Shown: positions 1 to 6,317 of the stretch, piece by piece | Numbering within the stretch: the stretch's first letter is position 1 | Layout: the number at the start of each line of letters is the position of its first letter | Origin: Phycisphaera mikurensis NBRC 102666 | GTDB taxonomy: Bacteria > Planctomycetota > Phycisphaerae > Phycisphaerales > Phycisphaeraceae | Direction of reading: 5' to 3' | NCBI RefSeq assembly: GCF_000284115.1 | Contig: NC_017080.1 | Span: forward strand, 990,001 to 1,022,000 | DNA length: 32,000 nucleotides | Translations under genes and position numbers: made by a program | Notes under the pieces: model-generated | Databases searched by the model: none | Seen by the model: only the letters and a program-made list of their open reading frames with translations | Told to the model about the DNA's origin: nothing

Positions 1-105
1 GTTTCCATGGCAAGCAGCCTAAAGCGCGTCGGGGGTGCGGCGATGGCGGCGGGGGACGGGGCGTGTTTGCGGATGTGGACGGGGGGGCAGCGGCCTGCGG
101 CCGCT

Positions 106-227
106 CAAGCGGGGAAGCGAAGAAGCGAGGAGGTCAGCACCGCACGCTGCGCGTCAAGGGGCGGGCGACGCAGCCGCCGCTTCTGCCTGACTTCTTCGCT
201 TCCCCGCTTCTTCGCTTCTTCGCTTGC
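106..227. repeat. Octamer-built inverted-repeat element, copy 1 (GCGAAGAA-type units)
   Basis: gcggggaagcgaagaag (109-125) is the exact reverse complement of cttcttcgcttccccgc (191-207), with a 65-nt spacer. The right arm continues as ttcttcgc units to about 226. It lies immediately 3' of the minus-strand AraC stop codon (232-234). A second copy in the same orientation is at 2801-2984. Confidence 0.85.
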
Positions 228-231
228 CTTC

Positions 232-1140
232 TCACAGCGACCCCGGATCCTCCCGGAACCGCTTCGGTGGCATCCCCGCGCTCTCGCTGAACCACCGCGT
301 GAACGCGGCTGGCCCGCTGAAGCCGAGTTTGTCGCCGACCTCGAAGACGCGGAGGGCGGGGTCGCGGAGGAGGTCTCTGGCGGCGGCGAGGCGGCGGGCG
401 TCGGCGTAGGCGTGAGGGGTGCAGCCGATCCGCTCGGCGAAGCGGCGGGAGAAGTGGCGGGTGCTCAGGTGGCACGCGTTCGCGAGCTCGCTCAGCGAGG
501 GGGGCGGGGCCATCGGCAGCGGGGGGGCGTGGAGCAGGCGGAGAGCGGGCGTCAGCCTCGGGTCCAGCGCCTCGAGGTTCGCCTCGCCGCGGTCGCGGGG
601 GGCGGCGGCGTGGGGAGCGCCGAGGCGGGGCCACAGCGCGAGGATCTCGGCGAGGAGGGCGACCTCCTCGGCGGCGTCGGGCGGGGCGCCGCCGCCGCGG
701 GTGAGGCGGCGGAACGGCGTGAGCAGGTCGCGGGCCGCGTCGATCCGCGGAGCGCACGGCCGCAGGTGGCCGCCGTCGAACAGCGGCCAACCGGCGGTGT
801 CGTCGATCCGCAGCTTCACGTGGTGGACCGCCGCGGCGCCGGGCGTCGGATGCAGGTCGTAGCCGTGCGTCTCGCCGGGTCGGCTGAGCAGAGCGGTCAG
901 CCCGGCGATCCCGCGCCAGGCCCCGCCGGTGTGGCACCTGCCGGCGCAGCCGTCGATCAGGTCGAGCTGCAGCAGGTCAGCGTGGGCGTGCGGGGCGATG
1001 GTGAAGCGGGCGGTGGGGTTGTGCTGGTAGGCGGTGTCCACGCGGCCGCGGCCCTCGGCCAGCCGGGCCACCGCCGCGAGCACCGCGGACACGGCCGGGT
1101 CGTCTCGCTTCGAGATGTCGGGTTCGGCGTCCGGAGCCAT
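232..1140 (-). CDS. AraC/XylS-family transcriptional regulator
   Basis: The C-terminus (LSELANACHLSTRHFSRRFAERIGCTPHAYADARRLAAARDLLRD...VGDKLGFSGPAAFTRWFSESAGMPPKRFRE) is a typical double helix-turn-helix AraC domain. The start was trimmed from the track ORF (1248) to the ATG at 1140 (MAPDAEPD...), because the upstream extension only translates the palindromic repeat at 1161-1270. Confidence 0.8.
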   Translation of the reverse strand: MAPDAEPDISKRDDPAVSAVLAAVARLAEGRGRVDTAYQHNPTARFTIAPHAHADLLQLDLIDGCAGRCHTGGAWRGIAGLTALLSRPGETHGYDLHPTPGAAAVHHVKLRIDDTAGWPLFDGGHLRPCAPRIDAARDLLTPFRRLTRGGGAPPDAAEEVALLAEILALWPRLGAPHAAAPRDRGEANLEALDPRLTPALRLLHAPPLPMAPPPSLSELANACHLSTRHFSRRFAERIGCTPHAYADARRLAAARDLLRDPALRVFEVGDKLGFSGPAAFTRWFSESAGMPPKRFREDPGSL

Positions 1141-1160
1141 GTCGCAGCGGGTGAAAGAAG

Positions 1161-1270
1161 CGGGTGCCACGCCGCTTGCGGGGTGCGGTCGCCGCAGGCG
1201 ACGCGGTGGGGCGGGACGCTGCTCCCCCGCCGGCCTCCGGCCGCACACCCCGCGAGCGGCGTGGCACCCG
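1161..1270. repeat. Nested palindromic element (GTGCCAC type), copy 1
   Basis: The left arm cgggtgccacgccgcttgcggggtgcgg (1161-1188) and right arm ccgcacaccccgcgagcggcgtggcacccg (1241-1270) are near-perfect reverse complements. Each arm can also fold on itself (cacgccgc/gcggggtg). It sits in the divergent AraC/GH88 intergenic region. Related copies are at 17409-17487 and 20183-20509. Confidence 0.85.
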
Positions 1271-1347
1271 GAAGGTTACCGGATCCGGACGCCGATCCGC
1301 CGTGCCGCGCGGTGGACCCGCCGCCGCGTCCGTGTCATCCTCCGTCC

Positions 1348-2763
1348 ATGATCGACGCCGACCAGAGCCTGCAGCCCGCCGACCTCCTCGACGCGCTCAC
1401 GCGGCACTGGGAGGCCTCCGCCACCGCGATCCGGAAGATCGACGACTCCTGCCCGCCCGGCTCGGCCTCGCCGGTCTTCACCGTCGGGGGCGCGTACCGG
1501 GCCCAGGGCTGGACCGAGTGGACGCAGGGCTTCCAGCACGGCGCCGCCTTCCTGCAGTTCGACGCGACCGGCGAAGCCTCCTTCCTGGAGCTCGGCCGCA
1601 AGCGGACCCTGGAGGTGATGGCCCCGCACCTCACGCACACCGGGGTGCACGACCACGGCTTCAACAACGTGAGCACCTACGGAAACCTCTGGCGGCTGGG
1701 CAACGAGGGGAAGATCGACCTCCCGGAGCACGAGCGCAACTACGCCGAGCTGGCGCTGAAGGTGACCGGCGCCGTGCAGGCCAGCCGATGGAAGCAGACC
1801 GCCGACGGCACCGGCTACGTCTACAGCTTCAACGGCCCGCAGTCGCTGTTCATCGACACGATCCGCACGATGCGGGCGCTGTCGCTCGCGCACCTGCTCG
1901 GCCACAGGCTCAGCCACGAGGGCGACGCCGTGGCGAACCTGCTCGACCGCTCGATCGAGCACGCGATCAACACCGCCCGGCACGTCATCTGGTACGGCGG
2001 CGACGACGACGGCGAGCTCCGCGACGCCTACGACGTCCGCGGCCGGACCGCCCACGAGGCGCTCTTCAACACGAACAACGGCGCCTTCCGCGCGCCCTCG
2101 ACCCAGCAGGGCTACTCGCCCTTCAGCACGTGGACCCGCGGGCAGGCCTGGGCGATGGTCGGCTTCCCCGAGCAGCTGGAGTTCCTCGACGCCTGCGTGA
2201 CGGACGAGGAGCTGGAGGTGCACGGCGGCCGCCACGAGGTCGAGCGGATCTACGCCGAGGCCGCCGAGGCCGTCTGCGACCACTACCTCGAGAACACGCC
2301 CACCGACGGCATCCCCTACTGGGACACCGGCGCCCCGGGGCTCGCGAAGATGGGTGATTGGGGCTCGCGCCCCGCCGACCCCTTCAACGATCACGAGCCG
2401 GTGGATTCCTCCGCCGCCGCGATCGGTGCGCAGGGCCTGCTGCGGATGGCGGATTGGCTCGACGCCGAGGACGCCGTCCGCGACGAGAACGGCAACGCCG
2501 AGCGCTACCGCGCCGCCGGGCTCACGATCACGAGAACCCTGCTCGGCGACGCCTACCTCTCCACCGACCCCGACCACGAGGGCCTGCTGCTCCACAGCGT
2601 CTACCACCGCCCCAACGGCTGGGACCACGTGCCCGCCGGCCGGAAGGTGCCCTGCGGCGAGGCCTGCATGTGGGGCGACTACCACCTGCGGGAGCTGGCG
2701 GTCGTGGTGGGGCGGATGGCGGAAGCGGATTCGGTTCCGCACCGCTTCTTCGGGCCGGTTTGA
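1348..2763 (+). CDS. Glycoside hydrolase family 88-like unsaturated glucuronyl/uronyl hydrolase
   Basis: Only the C-terminal 471 codons of track ORF 7..2763 look like protein. The motifs GWTEWTQGF, HDHGFNNVSTYGN, WTRGQAWA, VDSSAAAIGAQGLL and CMWGDYHLRE match the pattern I recall for GH88 (HDxGF, W-x-RGQAW, DSSAAAI, GDY). The ATG is at 1348 (MIDADQS...). Confidence 0.8.
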   Translation: MIDADQSLQPADLLDALTRHWEASATAIRKIDDSCPPGSASPVFTVGGAYRAQGWTEWTQGFQHGAAFLQFDATGEASFLELGRKRTLEVMAPHLTHTGVHDHGFNNVSTYGNLWRLGNEGKIDLPEHERNYAELALKVTGAVQASRWKQTADGTGYVYSFNGPQSLFIDTIRTMRALSLAHLLGHRLSHEGDAVANLLDRSIEHAINTARHVIWYGGDDDGELRDAYDVRGRTAHEALFNTNNGAFRAPSTQQGYSPFSTWTRGQAWAMVGFPEQLEFLDACVTDEELEVHGGRHEVERIYAEAAEAVCDHYLENTPTDGIPYWDTGAPGLAKMGDWGSRPADPFNDHEPVDSSAAAIGAQGLLRMADWLDAEDAVRDENGNAERYRAAGLTITRTLLGDAYLSTDPDHEGLLLHSVYHRPNGWDHVPAGRKVPCGEACMWGDYHLRELAVVVGRMAEADSVPHRFFGPV

Positions 2764-2800
2764 GGCACCGGCGGAGCCGGTCATGCCGCTTCGCGGCAGG

Positions 2801-2984
2801 CAAGCGAAGAAGCGAAGAAGCGAAGAAGCGGGGAAGCGAAGAAGTGGGGAAGCGAAGAAGCGTTGGATTGAGGAAGTGAGAGAGTCGGTGAGTGCCACCT
2901 GCGGCGGCGGCGGCCGAACCGGCGTAGCCACTCCTGTCTCGGTCTGACTTCTTCGCTTCCCCGCTTCCTCGCTTCCTCGCTTGC
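2801..2984. repeat. Octamer-built inverted-repeat element, copy 2
   Basis: A run of about 7 tandem GCGAAGAA/GCGGGGAA/GTGGGGAA octamers spans 2801-2862. gcggggaagcgaagaag (2828-2844) is the exact reverse complement of cttcttcgcttccccgc (2948-2964). The right arm ctgacttcttcgcttccccgcttc matches copy 1 in the same orientation. It starts 38 nt after the GH88 stop. Confidence 0.85.
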
Positions 2985-3025
2985 TCCCTCCCGAGTAACA
3001 ACCTTCTCCTGAACGAAGCCCTTCC

Positions 3026-3823
3026 ATGCCCACCCCCACCCCCTCCCCCACCCCCCGCACCGCCCTCATCACCGGCGGCACCCGCGGCATCGGCCGCGGC
3101 ATCGCCGACGCGCTCGCCGCCAAGGGCTTCGGCCTGGCCATCACCGGGCGGCGGCCGCGGACCGACGTCGAGAACGTGCTCGAGGAGCTTCGGTCCGCGG
3201 GCGCGGCGAGCGTCAGCTACCACGCCAGCGACGTGGCCGACCTCGCCGCACACGAGCCGCTGGTCGCCCGCGTCGTGGAGGCGCACGGCCGCCTCGACTG
3301 CCTCGTCAACAACGCCGGGATCGCGCCCGACGTCCGCGCCGACATCCTCGACGCCGGCGGCGACAGCTTCGACCGGCTCATCGACGTCAACCTCAAGGGC
3401 CCCTACTTCCTCACGCAGGCCGCCGCGAAGCGGATGATCCGCCAGGCGGAGGGGGACGACGCGTTCGAGGGCGTCATCGTCAACGTCGGGTCCATCTCCG
3501 CCACCGTCGCCAGCGTGAACCGCGGCGACTACTGCATCTCCAAGGCCGGCGTCGCGATGTCCACCGCCCTCTGGGCCGCGCGTCTCGGCGAGCACCGCAT
3601 CGGCGTCTTCGAGGTCCGCCCCGGCGTCACCGCCACCGACATGACCGCCGGCGTCAAAGACAAGTACGACAAGCTCTTCGCCGACGGCCTCACCGCCGTC
3701 AAGCGATGGGGCGACCCCGCCGACACCGGCACCGTCGTCGCCGCGATGTGCGCGGGCGGCTGGCTGTACGCCACCGGCAGCACCGTCATGGTCGACGGCG
3801 GCCTGACGATCCCGCGCCTGTGA
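3026..3823 (+). CDS. Short-chain dehydrogenase/reductase (SDR) family oxidoreductase
   Basis: It has an N-terminal TGGTRGIGRGIA Rossmann glycine motif, NNAG, and the catalytic Y-x-x-x-K (YCISKAG). Length is 265 aa with an ATG start. A KduD-like role next to GH88 is only inferred from context. Confidence 0.85.
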   Translation: MPTPTPSPTPRTALITGGTRGIGRGIADALAAKGFGLAITGRRPRTDVENVLEELRSAGAASVSYHASDVADLAAHEPLVARVVEAHGRLDCLVNNAGIAPDVRADILDAGGDSFDRLIDVNLKGPYFLTQAAAKRMIRQAEGDDAFEGVIVNVGSISATVASVNRGDYCISKAGVAMSTALWAARLGEHRIGVFEVRPGVTATDMTAGVKDKYDKLFADGLTAVKRWGDPADTGTVVAAMCAGGWLYATGSTVMVDGGLTIPRL

Positions 3824-3855
3824 CGCCCGGAAGCACGCGACGCTGCGCGACCGAC

Positions 3856-3876
3856 CTGCCTGCGGGCCGCAGGCAG
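3856..3876 (+). terminator. GC hairpin downstream of the SDR gene (possible terminator)
   Basis: ctgcctgcgg (3856-3865) and ccgcaggcag (3867-3876) are perfect complements, 33 nt after the stop. No U-tract follows, so the terminator function is uncertain. Confidence 0.35.
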
Positions 3877-4045
3877 CCACGACCGCGTCTCCGCCCCGCG
3901 TCCGCTCCGTCGGTGAATCCACGCCGCGGCACCTGCCGTAAGGGTTAAGGATGCTCCTGATGCTCGCGGCCCGGCCGCGGCGGGGGCTCACGCGGCCGGG
4001 CCGAGCCCCGCCGCGTTCCCGCGTCCGATCCCTGAGGTTCCCGCT

Positions 4046-4825
4046 TTGCCCCGCTCCGCCGCCGCCGCCGCCCTCGCCCTGCTGCTCGCCGTCCCCGCCG
4101 CCCACGCGCAGCCGGGCTTCGCCTTCGGCCCGGCCGCCGCGGCCACCGCCGACGGGCCCGCCACCTCCCGGGACCTGCTGGGCAACCCCGGCTCCGGCGG
4201 CAACCGCTACCAGCAGGTGTACGACGCCAGCCTCTTCGCCGCGGGCCCGCAGTCGATCTCCGAGATCCAGTTCCGGGCGGCCAACCCCGCCAACGCCTTC
4301 CGGCCCGACGGCGTCTCCACCACCGCCGTGACGGTGACGCTCTCGACCACCGGCGTCTCGTCCAGCCCGGGGGCCACCGCCGCGGGCGCCTTCAGCGCCA
4401 GCTTCGCCGACAACGTCGGCGCCGACGCCGCCGTGGTCTACGACGGCCCGCTGACGCTGATCCGCGGGGGCTCGAACCCCGCGGGCGAGCCGCAGCCCTT
4501 CGCGTACGGCTTCACCCTTCAGAACGCGTTTGCGTACAACCCGGCGCTGGGCAACCTGCTGCTGGACGTGCGCGTTCCGGTGGGCGCCACCGTCTCGGCG
4601 GTGAACCTCAATGGCAGCTTCGGCGCTTACGAGGACTTCGACGCGTTCACCGCCTCCGGCGACGGGACCGCCAGCGCCCGGGGCACCGGGAACAACGCCA
4701 TCGGCGCCGCCGGCAACACCGGCCTGGCCACCCGCTTCACGGCGGTGGTCGTGCCCGAGCCCGCCACCGCCACGCTCGCCGGCGTCGGCCTGGGCCTGCT
4801 GGCCCTGCGTCGCCGCCGGGCGTGA
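4046..4825 (+). CDS. PEP-CTERM-anchored secreted protein
   Basis: It starts at TTG with a clean signal peptide (MPRSAAAAALALLLAVPAAHA/QP). The C-terminus VVPEPATATLAGVGLGLLALRRRRA has the PEP motif, a hydrophobic helix and a basic tail, which is the PEP-CTERM sorting signal. Confidence 0.8.
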   Translation: MPRSAAAAALALLLAVPAAHAQPGFAFGPAAAATADGPATSRDLLGNPGSGGNRYQQVYDASLFAAGPQSISEIQFRAANPANAFRPDGVSTTAVTVTLSTTGVSSSPGATAAGAFSASFADNVGADAAVVYDGPLTLIRGGSNPAGEPQPFAYGFTLQNAFAYNPALGNLLLDVRVPVGATVSAVNLNGSFGAYEDFDAFTASGDGTASARGTGNNAIGAAGNTGLATRFTAVVVPEPATATLAGVGLGLLALRRRRA

Positions 4826-4944
4826 GGGCACGCGTCGACGGGGTCCGGAGACGGCCGGCCGCTGGAGGTCGCTCATGCCGGGGCGTGGGCCACGGCGAGT
4901 CGGGTTCTCGCTCTACGGTGGGCCGGAGGCCGCCCCGGATCCCC

Positions 4945-5928
4945 ATGCGCTACGAGCTCCCGATCCAGCTTCAAGACTTTCTCGGGGCGGAGCTCTTGGG
5001 CGTCTCGCGGATCGGCCTGCGCGAGCGGGCGCAGCGTCTCTCCGAGCGGTACCGCGCCCAGAGCGGCAGCGGATCCATCGTCGAGCCCGACGACGCGCTC
5101 GCCTACGCCGTCGTGCGCATGCCCGGGACCTTCGCCGCCACCCGCGCCGCCGCCGAGCGTGCGGCCGAGGCGCTGCCGGGGTTTGCGCCCGCCACGCTGC
5201 TGGACGCGGGCGCCGGCCCCGGCGCCACCACCCGCGCCTGCCGCGCCGTGTGGCCGTCGATCCGCGACGCCACCCTCCTCGACCACAACCCTCACCTGCT
5301 CGCCTTCGCCGCGCGGTCCTTCTCGCACGGCGGAGACGACGCCGCCCGCACCGCCGCCGGCCGCCTCCCGCAGGCGCTCGCCGTTCAGCAGGAAGCCGAC
5401 CTCGTCGTTGCCGGCTACGTGCTCAACGAGCTGGCCCCCGCCGACCGGGCCGAGACGCTCGACCGCTTGTGGTCGCTCACGCGCGGCGTGCTCCTGCTCG
5501 TCGAGCCCGGCACCTCCGCCGGCTCCGCCCGCCTGCTCGAGGACCGCGCCCGGCTGATCGGCCTCGGCGCCCGCGTCGTCGCCCCCTGCAGCCACGCGGG
5601 CCGCTGCCCGCTCTTGGAGCACGAGCGCTGGTGCCACTTCGCCCAGCGGCTGCCGCGGTCGAGAGCCCACCGGGACGTGAAGGGCGTCGATGCCGCCTTC
5701 GAAGACGAGAAGTACGGCTACCTCGCTTTCTCCCGCGGGCCCGCCGTTCCCGCCCCCGACGCCGTCGGCCTGCGGATCCTCGCCACCCCCCGCGTCACCA
5801 AGGGCGAGGTCACGATGCCCGTCTGCACGCCGGACCGACCGGAGCAGCTCGTCATCCGCCGCCACCAGAAAGCCGCGTACAAGCACGCGAAGAAGCTCGC
5901 CTGGGGCGACGCGGTGCAACGCCCCTGA
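4945..5928 (+). CDS. Rsm22-like SAM-dependent methyltransferase
   Basis: LLDAGAGPGATT is a SAM-binding motif I. The features YVLNEL and the C-terminal Cys/His cluster APCSHAGRCPL...WCHF match the Rsm22/COG5459 family as I recall it. The start was trimmed to the ATG at 4945 (MRYELP...). Confidence 0.7.
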   Translation: MRYELPIQLQDFLGAELLGVSRIGLRERAQRLSERYRAQSGSGSIVEPDDALAYAVVRMPGTFAATRAAAERAAEALPGFAPATLLDAGAGPGATTRACRAVWPSIRDATLLDHNPHLLAFAARSFSHGGDDAARTAAGRLPQALAVQQEADLVVAGYVLNELAPADRAETLDRLWSLTRGVLLLVEPGTSAGSARLLEDRARLIGLGARVVAPCSHAGRCPLLEHERWCHFAQRLPRSRAHRDVKGVDAAFEDEKYGYLAFSRGPAVPAPDAVGLRILATPRVTKGEVTMPVCTPDRPEQLVIRRHQKAAYKHAKKLAWGDAVQRP

Positions 5929-5932
5929 GGCG

Positions 5933-5978
5933 CCGCGGACCGCCGCGCTTCCAACGCCAAATCCCGCACGGTCCGCGG
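5933..5978. repeat. REP-like 46-bp palindromic element (CCGCGGACCG-N26-CGGTCCGCGG)
   Basis: ccgcggaccg is at 5933-5942 and cggtccgcgg at 5969-5978, with arm starts 36 bp apart. It begins 5 nt after the Rsm22-like stop. Confidence 0.8.
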
Positions 5979-5985
5979 ATCGCCC

Positions 5986-6123
5986 GAGGCTCGAGCTCGG
6001 GTGCGTCGGAACCCCGTCCCGGCCAACTTCCGGGCGTTCGCATGCGGATTCCCTCGTTCCCTGAGGGCTCAACCCTCGACACCTCTCCTGGGGCCGGATG
6101 CTCGGCACCCGGGCTCGAGACTC
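5986..6123. repeat. 19-nt inverted repeat pair enclosing about 100 nt
   Basis: gaggctcgagctcgggtgc (5986-6004) matches the reverse complement of gcacccgggctcgagactc (6105-6123) at 17 of 19 positions. It lies inside a 389-bp spacer between convergent genes. Confidence 0.6.
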
Positions 6124-6317
6124 GGCGCCCGGTGGACATTCTCGCCGCTGCCTTCTCCTCTGCCTGTGCGGTGATCGGGCGGAGCGATGCTTGCGCGACC
6201 CCTGTCCAGGCTTGGTTCGTCCCCGTGGATGGCGGGAAGAGCGGGCGGATCGTCTCCGGCTCCAATCCGCAGCCACGCCGGCGGAGCCGGCGAGCCATCC
6301 GCCGTTGCACCGAGCGA

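Noticed and set aside
1161-1188. Possible sigma-54 promoter: TGCCAC-N5-TTGC inside the palindromic repeat arm (also at 20187)
   Set aside because: The spacing resembles TGGCAC-N5-TTGC, but the essential GG dinucleotide of the -24 element is GC here. The motif occurs in both orientations and also in a convergent terminator region. This fits a repeat element better than a promoter.
7-1347. N-terminal ~447 codons of track ORF 7..2763 (918 aa), plus other very long ORFs: 1276..3144(-), 2528..4876(-), 4611..8399(+), 8224..10668(+), 13756..15783(-), 17449..20094(-), 20603..21880(+), 21690..23612(+), 24497..26593(-), 26059..28092(+), 29949..31952(-)
   Set aside because: Their translations are dominated by Arg/Ala/Gly/Pro runs with no recognisable motifs. 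They run antisense to, or in alternate frames of, ORFs that have clear family signatures. Such shadow ORFs are expected in very GC-rich DNA because stop codons are AT-rich.
2801-2862. Tandem 8-bp repeats considered as a CRISPR array or coding repeat (the KKRRSEEAGKRR peptides in the track)
   Set aside because: The units are only 8 bp with no spacers and no cas genes are present. The lysine/arginine-rich peptides appear in several frames on both strands, so they are simply translations of the DNA repeat.
3192-3201. Single cggtccgcgg 10-mers inside coding regions (3192, about 14166, about 22916) as additional REP elements
   Set aside because: They lack the partner arm at the 36-bp offset and sit in well-supported CDSs. 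They are probably chance or codon-driven occurrences in GC-rich sequence.
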